A stretch of DNA of 46,525 bases from a virus (Duplodnaviria; Caudoviricetes), in IMG/VR virus record IMGVR_UViG_3300044698_000275, positions 1 to 46,525 of that record. One strand, given 5' to 3'. The notes beneath the pieces were generated by a model. The model saw only the letters and a list, made by a program, of their open reading frames with translations, made no database searches and was not told where the DNA came from. Shown here in pieces: positions 9,500 to 18,448 of the stretch. The position numbers and the translations under genes were made by a program. The first letter of the stretch is position 1; each line of letters begins with the position of its first letter.

Positions 9500-9999
9500 C
9501 CAGGGGACAGGCGTCGGGCGTCAGGGGTCAGGCGTCGGGCGTCAGGGGTCAGGACGTGCGGGCGTTTCTCGCGCGGGCGGCGCGGGAGCCGTTCGTGTGG
9601 GGGGTCAGCGACTGCTTCCTGCTGGCGGCGGACTGGGTGCTGAGCTGCGGGCGCCGGGATCCGGCGATTGGCTGGCGTGGGACCTATCGCTCGGCGCTGG
9701 CGGCGCGGCGGCTGCTGCGCCGGGCCGGCGGGGCGGAGGCCCTGGCCCGGGACGCGATGCGGGGGTTTGCCGAGTTCGACCCGGAGGCTGAGGCGCCGCG
9801 CGACGGCGACGTCGGGCTGGTCGAGGGCGGGCTCGAGCTGCGCCGTGGCCGGCCGTGGCTCAGCCACGCGGCGGCGCTGCATGTGAACGGCCTGTGGGTG
9901 GTGCGGACGCCCAAGAGCCTGATCGGCGGCCGGTCGCCGCTGATCGTCGCCGTGGCCGGATGGAGGGTCCTCGGGTCAAGCCCGAGGATTGAAACCTGA
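9484..9999 (+). CDS. NlpC/P60-like (gpK-like) tail tip protein; start at 9484 (ATG) or 9556 (GTG)
   Basis: PFVWGVSDC..AADWV...DPA..WRGTY...GDVGLV...HAA motif; lies before the central tail protein. Confidence 0.75.
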   Translation: MAEFLTRGQASGVRGQASGVRGQDVRAFLARAAREPFVWGVSDCFLLAADWVLSCGRRDPAIGWRGTYRSALAARRLLRRAGGAEALARDAMRGFAEFDPEAEAPRDGDVGLVEGGLELRRGRPWLSHAAALHVNGLWVVRTPKSLIGGRSPLIVAVAGWRVLGSSPRIET

Positions 10000-11909
10000 T
10001 GCCGGTTCTCATCGCGCCCGCGCTGGTCGGCGGACTCGGCATGTCGGCGGCGGGCGCCCAGCTCGTCTCCGGGATCATCTTCACCGTCGGCTCGACCCTG
10101 CTCAGCCAGCTGCTGATGCCGGGGCCCGACGTGCCCGACGGCAAGATCCCGTTCAAGCAGCCGATCCCGCCCCGGGGCTACGGCGGCGGGCGGTCCCGCG
10201 TCTACGGCTCGGTCATGCTGCACGAGGCCGCCGGCGGCAACGGCGGCAAGCTCCTCATCGTGCAGGCGCTGGTCAGCCACCCGTGCAGCGCCTTCGTGCA
10301 GTACTTCCTGCACGAGGACGAGGTCGAGTTCTACGACGGGGCCAAGGTCGAGAAGGTCGACGGCGGCAAGGGCTATCACGACAAGGTGTTTCTCTACACC
10401 CGCCTCGGCGCCGTCCCGGAGACGGCGATCGCCGAGATCACCGGGGCCCAGATCACCGATTCGCCCTGGACGTCGGACCACCGCGGCGACGGCATCACCT
10501 ATCTCGCCCTGCGCTGCGACGACGCCGACGAGGATTCGCAGCCCAAGAAGTTCCCCTTCGGCAAGCCGGTGGCCTCGGCGGTGCTCGACCTCGCCTTGAT
10601 GTTCGACCCGCGCCAGCCCGGCCACGACGTCGAGGACGACGCGACCTGGGAATGGTCGGACAACCCGGTGATCAACATCCTGTGGTTACAGTGCCACTGC
10701 GAATGGGGCTACCAGCGCGACTACGCCACCGCGATCCTGCCCTACGTCGAGACCTGGAAGGCCGCGGCCGACGCCTGCGACGTGGCCGAGGCGCTCGACG
10801 GAGGCGGTGCTGAGAAGCGCTACCGCTGCGGGTGGAACGAGACCACCAAGACGGACCCGCGCGCGGTGCTGGCGCAGCTGCTGGCGTCCTGCGACGGCTG
10901 GATCGTCGACCGCGGCGACGGCGGCATCGACATCCGGGTCGGGACCTTCGAGGAGCCCGAGATCGTCGTCACCGACGACGACATCGTGGGCTTCGACATC
11001 GCCTACGGGATCCCCGACGAGGAGGTGGTCAACCGCCTCGCCGTCACCTTCACCAACCCGGACGACAAGTACACCGAGACCGAGGTCGACCCGTTCGAGG
11101 ACGCGGCCGACCAGACGGCGCGGGGCACGGTGCGCGAGCATCGCTTCCCGCTCAACTACGTGCAGAGCCCGACCCAGGCGCGGCGCTTAGGGAAACGCGA
11201 GTTCGCCCGGCTCACCGAACCCCTGCGCGGCACCCTCGACCTGAGGCTCGACGTCCTCGACGCCTGCTACGCCCGCTGGATCCGGGTGCAGTCGGCGACC
11301 ATCCCGCAGCTCGCCGACCGGGTGATCGAGAACCGCAAGGGGCACCTCTCGCTGCTGGCCGGCTCGGTGCGCCTGGCCTTCCTCGGCTCGGGATCCTCGA
11401 TCGACGACTGGACGCCGGCGACCGACGAGGGAACCCTGCCCGCGACGCCGGTGGGGCCGCCGGAGCAGGGTTTCCCCATCCTGCAGAACCTGACCATCGA
11501 TTACGTCCAGTTCACCAACGCCGACGGCGGCATCGTGCGGGCGCTGCGGGCCGTGTTCGACGAGCCGGCGACGGTGCAGCACTACGTGATGCGCTGGACC
11601 TGGACCGAGGACACGCCCGACGGGATGGTGGTGCGATCGGAATCGGAAACCTTCACCGCCGCCGCGGCCTCCGGCGGGGCGATCACGCTGCTCACCAGCG
11701 TGGCCATCCCCGAGGTCGCGGCGCTCGGCGTCCAGGTGGCGGTGAAGAGCGTTTCGGGGCCGACGCTCGGCGACTACCAGCCCGATCCGGCGGTGGTGCT
11801 CGACACCCGCACCGTGACGACCACCACCGCCGACGGCACCGAGCTGCGCGAGGACGGCAGCGCCGAGCTGCGCGAGGACGGCAGCCTGGAGCTGCGGGAA
11901 ACCACGTGA
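9999..11909 (+). CDS. Central tail / host-specificity protein (gpJ-like)
   Basis: 636 aa; WTSDHRGDGI, DPR...TWEWSDNP, EKRYRCG and VQSPTQARRL motifs; ends in (ELREDGS)x3 repeats. Confidence 0.85.
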   Translation: MPVLIAPALVGGLGMSAAGAQLVSGIIFTVGSTLLSQLLMPGPDVPDGKIPFKQPIPPRGYGGGRSRVYGSVMLHEAAGGNGGKLLIVQALVSHPCSAFVQYFLHEDEVEFYDGAKVEKVDGGKGYHDKVFLYTRLGAVPETAIAEITGAQITDSPWTSDHRGDGITYLALRCDDADEDSQPKKFPFGKPVASAVLDLALMFDPRQPGHDVEDDATWEWSDNPVINILWLQCHCEWGYQRDYATAILPYVETWKAAADACDVAEALDGGGAEKRYRCGWNETTKTDPRAVLAQLLASCDGWIVDRGDGGIDIRVGTFEEPEIVVTDDDIVGFDIAYGIPDEEVVNRLAVTFTNPDDKYTETEVDPFEDAADQTARGTVREHRFPLNYVQSPTQARRLGKREFARLTEPLRGTLDLRLDVLDACYARWIRVQSATIPQLADRVIENRKGHLSLLAGSVRLAFLGSGSSIDDWTPATDEGTLPATPVGPPEQGFPILQNLTIDYVQFTNADGGIVRALRAVFDEPATVQHYVMRWTWTEDTPDGMVVRSESETFTAAAASGGAITLLTSVAIPEVAALGVQVAVKSVSGPTLGDYQPDPAVVLDTRTVTTTTADGTELREDGSAELREDGSLELRETT

Positions 11910-11921
11910 GGGACAACACCG

Positions 11922-12824
11922 ATGGTTGACACCAAGACCAGCGACGAGACCGCCGCCGCCGTGCTCGACGGCAGCGAGCTCGTGCGCGTCGTACAGGGCG
12001 GCAACATGCGCAAGGCGCGCTCGGGGCAGTTCATGGGCCTCAGCGTCGTTCGCGCCGTGGCCACGGCAAATGTCGCGCTTGCGACCGCGCTGGAGAACGG
12101 CGATTCGCTCGACGGGGTGACCCTGGCGACGGGCGACCTGGTGCTGCTCACGGCCCAGACGGCGCCGGCCGAGAACGGGGTCTACGTCGTGCCGGCGAGC
12201 GGGGCGGCGGCGCGGCATGCGAGCTTTGCTGCCTACGACGAGCTGCCGGGGCGGTATTTCTCGGTCATGGAGGGCACGGCCAAGGCCGACACGCTGTGGC
12301 GCTGCACCTCCGATCGCGGCGGCACCATCGACACGACGGCGCTGGCGATCTCGCAGTTCACCGGCGGCAGCGGCAAGGTCGCCCAGGTGGTCAACACGCA
12401 GACGGGGGCGGTATCGACCACGGCAACGACCATTCCCGGCGATGACACCATCCCTCAGAACACCGAGGGCGGGGAGTTCATGACGTTGGCGATCACGCCG
12501 ACCGATGCGGCGTCGAAGTTGGTCATCGAGGTGGAAGTGCAGGGAGCAGTCAATGCGGGTGCACGATCGATGGCAGCCGCGGTTTTTCAGGATACTATAG
12601 CGGGCGCTTTGGCCGCCGGGTTCCACTTTTTGCCGACCATAAACACGGGGGGGCGCATACATCTCCGTCACGTCATGACGGCCGGCACCACGAGCGCAAC
12701 GACGTTCAAGGTGCGGGCCGGGTCACTCGACGCAAGCACCTTCACATTTAACGGGGTCAATGGCGCCCGCATCTTCGGCGGCGTGCTGGCGTCGTCCATC
12801 ACCATCACCGAAGTCCTGCCGTAG
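11922..12824 (+). CDS. Tail fibre / receptor-binding protein
   Basis: LDGSELVRVVQGG N-terminus; DGVTLATGDLVLLTAQT..ENGVY domain; C-terminal beta domain of different base composition. Confidence 0.7.
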   Translation: MVDTKTSDETAAAVLDGSELVRVVQGGNMRKARSGQFMGLSVVRAVATANVALATALENGDSLDGVTLATGDLVLLTAQTAPAENGVYVVPASGAAARHASFAAYDELPGRYFSVMEGTAKADTLWRCTSDRGGTIDTTALAISQFTGGSGKVAQVVNTQTGAVSTTATTIPGDDTIPQNTEGGEFMTLAITPTDAASKLVIEVEVQGAVNAGARSMAAAVFQDTIAGALAAGFHFLPTINTGGRIHLRHVMTAGTTSATTFKVRAGSLDASTFTFNGVNGARIFGGVLASSITITEVLP

Positions 12825-12878
12825 CGGCCGACGGGCGCAAGGCCCGCGACCTCACGACGACAACAGGGGACCACGACC

Positions 12879-13271
12879 ATGACCTCGATCGAGGCCGGCC
12901 GGCTCGCCGACCGGGCGGCGGAGAACGCCTACCTGAAGCTCTTGTCGCGGCTCATGATGACGGTCACGGCGCCCCTCGTCGGCTTCCTCGCCTGGCAGGT
13001 GTTCACCGACGTTGGACAGCTCAAGGGCGAGGTGGCGCGGCTCGACGTCGGCGCCGCGCGGCTCGACACCCGCCTCGGCCACGCCGAGGGCCAGATCGCC
13101 GGCCACACCGCCTCGATCGACGGCACCAGAGAGGCCGGCCGGGGCTTCCAGCAGGACGTGATCGGGGAACTCGCCGGCGTGAGGGTGGAGCTGCGGGGCA
13201 TGCGCGCCGACATCAACCGGCTGTTCGACCGGGCCGACCGCGCCCGGCCGACGGCGGCGAGCGCCGAATAG
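12879..13271 (+). CDS. Single-TM coiled-coil protein (lysis region)
   Basis: Hydrophobic LMMTVTAPLVGFLAWQVF followed by heptad repeats; precedes the endolysin. Confidence 0.55.
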   Translation: MTSIEAGRLADRAAENAYLKLLSRLMMTVTAPLVGFLAWQVFTDVGQLKGEVARLDVGAARLDTRLGHAEGQIAGHTASIDGTREAGRGFQQDVIGELAGVRVELRGMRADINRLFDRADRARPTAASAE

Positions 13272-13464
13272 GGCGGCGCGCGCCCCAGCCCTCCCCCGGC
13301 CCCCACCCCAGCCCTCCCCCGGTCGACGCGACTTTGGGGGGAGGGGGGCAGGGAAGGCCGCTGACGGCCGGCACCGGTGCCGCGGCTCCACCCGTAGCCC
13401 CAAAACCGTTTCGCCCGCCGTGCCCGCCCCGCGCGGGCGGGGAGGGGGCATTTCAGGAGCAACC

Positions 13465-14271
13465 ATGATCAGTTCCCAGGGCCTCGACTTCGTCGTGCGC
13501 CACGAAGGCTTCGTGTCGCAGGCCTACCGCGACCCGGTGGGGGTGTGGACCGTCGGCACCGGCTTCACCAACGGATCGGGCGTGGCGGTGGAGATGCTGG
13601 GCCGCATCGGGCCCGGCAGGACCGTGACCCGGGCGCAGAGCGACCGCGTGCTCAGCGAGGCCTTCGCCCGCGAATACGGACCGCCGGTCGATCAGGCCAT
13701 GCCCGGCGGAAAACAGCACGAGCGCGACGCCGGCTATTCCTATTGCTTCAACTGCGGCCCCGCCGCCATGGGCGACAGGTGGGTCGGGCTGTGGCGCACG
13801 GGCGCCGCCGCCCAAGCCGGCGAGCGGCTGGCGGTGTCGCGCGTCACGGCCAAGGGCAAGCGGCTGCGGGGGCTGGTCAACCGCCGGGCGGCCGAGGCCC
13901 GGCTGCTCACCACCGGCCAGTACGGCGCCGAGGCGCCGGCGCGCGACGCCCCGGCCGACTACCGCCGCAAGCTGCGCGACCTCGGCTACGACAGCGTCAT
14001 CGCCTTCCAGAAGCATCATCCGCACCTCGTCGACGACGGCATCCTGGGGCCCGCCACCCGGGCCCAGATCGACCGCGACGCCGCCGCCAGGAAGGAAGGC
14101 GCCGGCGTCGGCACCGGCGCGGCGATCGGCGTCGGCCTCGCCGCCTGGCTCGCGGCCAACGGGCATGTGCTGGCGATCGCCGCCGGCCTCGCCATCGCGG
14201 CGCTGGTCGCCTGGTTCGTGCTGCGCCGGCGCGAGGAAATCACCCACTGGATCGCAAACAGGAAAGGCTGA
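13465..14271 (+). CDS. Endolysin: GH24 lysozyme with peptidoglycan-binding domain and C-terminal TM segments
   Basis: AGGAG RBS; HEGFVSQAYRDPVGVWTVGTG (E..D..T triad); GLVNRRAAEARL; VIAFQKHH..LVDDGILGPAT PG-binding motif; hydrophobic tail. Confidence 0.9.
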   Translation: MISSQGLDFVVRHEGFVSQAYRDPVGVWTVGTGFTNGSGVAVEMLGRIGPGRTVTRAQSDRVLSEAFAREYGPPVDQAMPGGKQHERDAGYSYCFNCGPAAMGDRWVGLWRTGAAAQAGERLAVSRVTAKGKRLRGLVNRRAAEARLLTTGQYGAEAPARDAPADYRRKLRDLGYDSVIAFQKHHPHLVDDGILGPATRAQIDRDAAARKEGAGVGTGAAIGVGLAAWLAANGHVLAIAAGLAIAALVAWFVLRRREEITHWIANRKG

Positions 14272-14274
14272 CTC

Positions 14275-14583
14275 ATGGAAATCGACATTTCGCGCTACCG
14301 CAAGATCGTCGCCCTCGTCGTCACCGGGGCCGTCGTCTACGGGCTCAAGCTTGCAGGCCTCGGCGTCGCCGACCTGGGGCAGTTCGGCCTCAGCCTCGGC
14401 GCCGTCTCCGAACCGATCGTCGACTTCCTGGTGTCGGTCGGGTTGCCCGCCGTCGCCGCCCTGGCGCAGCCCAACGAACAGGGCGATTCGCTGTGGCGCC
14501 ACTGGCGCTGGCTGGCCGGCGGGACGGCGGCGATCGGCGTGCTGATCGTGCTGGCGATCGCGGCCGGCAGGGTGCTCGCATGA
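14275..14583 (+). CDS. Holin-like membrane protein
   Basis: 102 aa, about three hydrophobic segments, immediately after the endolysin. Confidence 0.6.
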   Translation: MEIDISRYRKIVALVVTGAVVYGLKLAGLGVADLGQFGLSLGAVSEPIVDFLVSVGLPAVAALAQPNEQGDSLWRHWRWLAGGTAAIGVLIVLAIAAGRVLA

Positions 14584-14759
14584 GGACGCTCCTCTGGGGG
14601 CTGGCGGGGTTCGCCGCCGCGGCGGGCCTCGTCTCGGTCACGCTCGACGTCCGGGCTTGCGCGCGCCGCCGGCGGGGCTTCCCGGCGTGGTCGCTGTCGG
14701 CGATCCTGTCGGGGACGGTGGCCGGCGGCCTCGCCCTCGGCCTGGCGATGACGCCATGA
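14580..14759 (+). CDS. Small two-TM membrane protein
   Basis: MRTLLWGLAGFAAAAGLVSV...WSLSAILSGTVAGGLALGLAMTP; ATGA overlaps at both ends. Confidence 0.55.
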   Translation: MRTLLWGLAGFAAAAGLVSVTLDVRACARRRRGFPAWSLSAILSGTVAGGLALGLAMTP

Positions 14760-15205
14760 TCGCGCAACTCATCCTCGGCCTGGTCGGCGGGCCGCTCGTC
14801 GAGGGGCTGCTGAAAGGCTACCGGGCCAAGCTCGACGCGGCCAACACGTCGGAGCGCATCGCCGCCGACCTCGCGATCAAGGACATCGAGGCCGGGATCC
14901 AGGCGCGGGCCCATGCCAAGGAGATCCGCATGGCGACGTCCGGCTTCTGGGAGATGCGGCTGATGACCTTCGCCATCGCGCTTCCCTTCGTGTCGCACCT
15001 GTGGGCGGTGTGGCTCGACACCCAGTTCGGCACGTTCCGCGACCACTGCTGGGAGCAGGCCGGCAGGACGCTGTGCGGCGTGCCTGCCTTCCCGGAGCCG
15101 TTCAACGAGTGGCAGGGGGCGATCCTCTTGTCGTTCTTCGGCATCTACACGCTGGGCAAGACGGTGCAGTCGGTCGGGTCGGCGATCGCGCTGCGCCGGC
15201 GTTAA
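14756..15205 (+). CDS. 3TM holin-like protein
   Basis: MIAQLILGLVGGPLVEGLLKGY..; WLDT..; PEPFNEWQGAILLSFFG motif. Confidence 0.6.
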   Translation: MIAQLILGLVGGPLVEGLLKGYRAKLDAANTSERIAADLAIKDIEAGIQARAHAKEIRMATSGFWEMRLMTFAIALPFVSHLWAVWLDTQFGTFRDHCWEQAGRTLCGVPAFPEPFNEWQGAILLSFFGIYTLGKTVQSVGSAIALRRR

Positions 15206-15307
15206 CCCGCTGGCCGGATTCGTGTGTCACACGTGAAACGGATCGCGAACCCCGGCTCGCAGGCCGGGGCAGGCTTTCCCATTTGTTCTCACGAGGAGTG
15301 TCGTGAT

Positions 15308-15847
15308 GTGACCAGGATGACCATCAATGCCTGCGCCGAGACGATCGCCGCGATCGGCGCTCTCGATCGCAAGCTGGCGCGTCTGCAGTCGGAACTCGAC
15401 GAGCAGGTGGCGAAGGCCAAGGCGGACTACGAGGCCAAGGCCGGGCCGCTGCGCGACGACCGCGAAACTGCCGAGGCGCAAGTCCGGGCGTTCTGCGAGG
15501 CCAGGCGCGACTCGCTGTGCGAGGGGGACTCCAAGTCGATCGAGTTCGCCACCGGCGAGGCCGGCTGGCGCATGGGCCAGGCGAAGCTCGAGGTGGAGTC
15601 GAAACGACTCCCGGAGATCCTCAAGGCGCTGATGGTGCCGAAGCTCAAGCACCTGCTGCGCTTCCGCGACCCCGAGATCGACAAGCGCGCCGTGCTCAAG
15701 CAGCCCGAGCTGGTGAAGGGGCTGAAGGGGCTGAAGATCGTGCCGGCCGAGGAAAGCTTCTGGGTCAAGCCGACGGCGCTCGACCTGGCCGAAGGGCCGG
15801 GGACCCGGGCCGACGTCGTGCCGCTCAAGGCGGCGTCCGGGCGCTGA
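15308..15847 (+). CDS. gam: Mu Gam-like host-nuclease inhibitor / DNA end-binding protein
   Basis: GAGGAG RBS then GTG; coiled coil then FCEARRDSLC..KSIEFATGEAGWR...EIDKRAVLK...EESFWVKP, the Mu Gam pattern. Confidence 0.85.
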   Translation: MTRMTINACAETIAAIGALDRKLARLQSELDEQVAKAKADYEAKAGPLRDDRETAEAQVRAFCEARRDSLCEGDSKSIEFATGEAGWRMGQAKLEVESKRLPEILKALMVPKLKHLLRFRDPEIDKRAVLKQPELVKGLKGLKIVPAEESFWVKPTALDLAEGPGTRADVVPLKAASGR

Positions 15848-16073
15848 TCTCCCGACACCCGGCCGATCGCGGCTTCACCAGGTGCTTCGCAATGTACTGC
15901 AGGACCTCCATCCGTGTGCCTTGCGCCAAGGTGGGCCGCCCGCTCTCGATGGCTTCAAAATCAAAGATGAGGTCCCAATAGGCGTGCATCGACCCATACC
16001 GTGCCGCCTCTTCGCGAGCTGCTGGGATCGCCTCGCGCACCTGCTGCATAAGCTGCCGCTCTTCGTCGGTCAT
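15825..16073 (-). CDS. Hypothetical protein downstream of the integrase
   Basis: 82 aa ORF with GAGG upstream; lower GC; converges on gam. Confidence 0.5.
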   Translation of the reverse strand: MTDEERQLMQQVREAIPAAREEAARYGSMHAYWDLIFDFEAIESGRPTLAQGTRMEVLQYIAKHLVKPRSAGCREISARTPP

Positions 16074-16083
16074 CGGCTTGCCT

Positions 16084-17376
16084 CTACACCGACACCGCGA
16101 TCTTCAGCAGCCAGTCGCGCTTGTGCTCCAGCGTCCCGCCCTCGCCGTAGAGCGGCCGGTTGAACTTGTGGCCCATCAGGTCGGCGGCGATGCGGTCGGG
16201 AGCGTCGGCCGCCGTCAGGCGGTCCTGGAAGGAGTGGCGAAGGCTGTAGAGCGAATGCCGCTCGGACGGCAGCAGCTGGTTCTCGGTCATGAACTTGTTC
16301 ACGGTGGCCGATAGGGTCGAGGAGCGATCCCAATAGCGCGGGAAGCCCCGGGGATGGGCGCGCATCGCCTCGAGCGAGATCCCGATCAGCGGCATGTCGC
16401 GCTGGGAGTAGGGCGTCTTGAGCCGTCGCCGGCCGGGCCCGCCGACGATCTTCACGTGCGGCACGTTCGCCCCGAGCAGGATGTCGTCGGGCTGCAGCCC
16501 GCAGATCTCCGACGGCCGCAATCCCGTCTCCACCATGATCTGCAGGATGGCCCGGGCCTCGCCGTTGAGCCTTGAGAGCGCGCCGTCGGCCAGCAGCGTC
16601 CCCACAATCCATTGCGTCGTGAAGGTGGCCCTCTGGCCGGCCTTCTCGTCCTCCAGGCGCAGCCCCTCGAAGGGAGCCCCGATGCCGAGCTCGAGCGCGT
16701 CGGTGAGGACGCGGAAGATCTGCGCCAGATGGCCGATGTCCTTGTTGGCCGACTGTGCGGTGAGGTTCTCGTCCTGGACGCGATCGACCCACCAGGCGCG
16801 CAAGGCCAGGGCGTCGGAGCGCCGGACGTCCTTCAGCGGCTTGTCGCCGACCACCGACACCAGGTTGTTGACGGCCTTCTGCCGCGGCGCCTTCCAGCGC
16901 CGGAGCTGGTCGGGTGAGTATTTGCGCTGCCGGTCGCGGGTGAGCTCGAGGTACTGCTGCCAGCCGGCGGTGACGGTGAGCTGGGGCGCGGTACGGCCGC
17001 CGAGCAGGGCGGTGCGCGCCGTCTCGTCCAGGAGGCCGATCTGCTCGAGGCGGTCGATGCGCTGCAGGATCTCCGCGAACGAGCCTTGCGCGATCTCGCG
17101 CGCCGGGCGGTACTGGAAGCCCTCGAGGCGGGCGAGCTCGACGGCGCCCTGGTAGCGGTCCTCGGCCTCGCCGCCGCTGCCCTGCTTGAGCGCCAGCCAG
17201 CGCTGCTCGACGGCCTTCTCGATCTGGGCTTTCAGCGCCTCGGCGCGATCGAGGTCGCGGGTGTCGAGCGACACCTCGACGTGGCTGCGCGGATCCACGT
17301 CGGCGAACAGCAGCGGCACGCGCCGGCGATAATGCCAGATGCCCGCGCGCCTGATCAGGCGTCGCGCCTTGCCCAC
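16084..17376 (-). CDS. int: Tyrosine integrase with N-terminal DUF6538-type arm-binding domain
   Basis: GIWHYRRRVP..VSLDTRD N-domain; catalytic ETGLRPSEI, LKT, YSLRHSF, LMGH, LYG. Likely GTG start at 17376 after GGAG; the frame stays open to 17775. Confidence 0.92.
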   Translation of the reverse strand: MGKARRLIRRAGIWHYRRRVPLLFADVDPRSHVEVSLDTRDLDRAEALKAQIEKAVEQRWLALKQGSGGEAEDRYQGAVELARLEGFQYRPAREIAQGSFAEILQRIDRLEQIGLLDETARTALLGGRTAPQLTVTAGWQQYLELTRDRQRKYSPDQLRRWKAPRQKAVNNLVSVVGDKPLKDVRRSDALALRAWWVDRVQDENLTAQSANKDIGHLAQIFRVLTDALELGIGAPFEGLRLEDEKAGQRATFTTQWIVGTLLADGALSRLNGEARAILQIMVETGLRPSEICGLQPDDILLGANVPHVKIVGGPGRRRLKTPYSQRDMPLIGISLEAMRAHPRGFPRYWDRSSTLSATVNKFMTENQLLPSERHSLYSLRHSFQDRLTAADAPDRIAADLMGHKFNRPLYGEGGTLEHKRDWLLKIAVSV

Positions 17377-17472
17377 CTCTCCACTCCCCTCGGCGTTCCC
17401 CCGCGTGTCCCGATTCGACCCATTTCTACCCATGGGACCGGACCCGCGCGCCGCCGGCGTCGGCAAATCGCC

Positions 17473-17726
17473 GTGGGGCGGTTTGTGTGGCGCCGTGTGT
17501 GGCGATTTAGCCATGCCGGCGCCCGCGCCCGCAAGCCCGAAAGCCGTCGATCCCGCCGATTCCATGGTCTCCAGCCATCCTTTCCGATCCTTCCCGCCGT
17601 CGAAAATGGCGACCCCGGCAGGATTCGAACCCTGGCTCTCAGGATGGAAAAGGCTTGGTTGATCTGGGGTTAACGACGGCGCCAGCGGCGGTGTGGGCGG
17701 ATTTGTGTGGCGGTTCGTGTGGCGAT
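17473..17726. repeat. attP arm-type direct repeats (GTGTGGCG-like, about 12-bp period) on both sides of the core
   Basis: gtggggcggtttgtgtggcgccgtgtgtggcgat (17473-17506) and gtgggcggatttgtgtggcggttcgtgtggcgat (17693-17726). Confidence 0.75.
17607..17631 (-). other. attP core: 3' end of a tRNA (T-loop to CCA), probably tRNA-Arg
   Basis: Minus strand reads GGTTCGAATCCTGCCGGGGTCGCCA; adjacent to the integrase. The Arg assignment is from recalled tRNA sequences only. Confidence 0.88.
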
Positions 17727-17782
17727 CGGCGCCCTCGCTGCAGGGGCCAGGAAACGCGATGACCTTGGCTGCCACGGCCCCG

Positions 17783-17998
17783 CTATTCGGCCGCGGCCGC
17801 GATCGCGGCGGCCTGGTGGATGAGCTCGGCCTGGCGCCGGCGGCTGTCGCGCTCGGCGAGCGCGCGCTCGAAGATCGGCAGGTAGACGGCCGTCCCGTCG
17901 AGCTGCACGATGCGCGCCATCACCGCGACGGCGCGCTCCACGTCGGCGAGCGTGATCTCGTCGTCGCGCCGGACGCGCGTTTCCGCCCGCCTAGCCAT
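17783..17998 (-). CDS. Small hypothetical protein next to attP (possible recombination directionality factor)
   Basis: 71 aa; last gene of the left operon; YLPIFER motif; function inferred from position only. Confidence 0.55.
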   Translation of the reverse strand: MARRAETRVRRDDEITLADVERAVAVMARIVQLDGTAVYLPIFERALAERDSRRRQAELIHQAAAIAAAAE

Positions 17999-18374
17999 CG
18001 CCGCCCTTCCGGATGCGCCGCGCAGCGAGGCCCGTTTCCAGCGCCCGCGGCAGGCCCGCGAGCACCTCGCTCAGGATTCCGCCGACGATCTTGCGGGCGT
18101 CGTCGTCGGTGAGCCCCGCCGACAGGGCCGTCTCGCACAGCTCCTGGGTGATGAGCAGCGGCAGGGCGAGGACGATCGCCTCGCCCGTTTCCGCCTCGCG
18201 CCACTCGCACTGGGCACGGCGATAGCCGCGGGCGTAGAGCCGCCCCACGGCCCGGGCGGCGAAGTCGCCGGAGGCCTCGAGGTCGGCGAGCTCAGCCGCA
18301 ATCATCGCGTCGATCTGGCCGGCGTCGGCCGACAGCACCATCCGATCGGCCAGCCTGCGCGCGTCGTCGATCAT
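17991..18374 (-). CDS. Hypothetical protein
   Basis: MIDDARRLADRM...; coupled by overlaps to its neighbours. Confidence 0.6.
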   Translation of the reverse strand: MIDDARRLADRMVLSADAGQIDAMIAAELADLEASGDFAARAVGRLYARGYRRAQCEWREAETGEAIVLALPLLITQELCETALSAGLTDDDARKIVGGILSEVLAGLPRALETGLAARRIRKGGDG

Positions 18375-18448
18375 TCCCGCCACCTTTCCAGTCCCTTCAG
18401 CGCCGCCACGCGGGCAGTTTCCCTCGAAAGCTGTTCCAGGACGTTCAT
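18371..18448 (-). CDS. 25-aa coupling mini-ORF or gene remnant
   Basis: MNVLEQLSRETARVAALKGLERWRE*; ATGA overlaps with both flanking genes. Confidence 0.5.
   Translation of the reverse strand: MNVLEQLSRETARVAALKGLERWRE

Noticed and set aside
11922-12824. Diversity-generating retroelement target
   Set aside because: No reverse transcriptase and no template/variable repeat pair were seen.
17607-17680. Complete tRNA gene
   Set aside because: Only the T-loop, 3' acceptor strand and CCA match. The 5' T-stem, anticodon and D arms are absent, so it is an att core.
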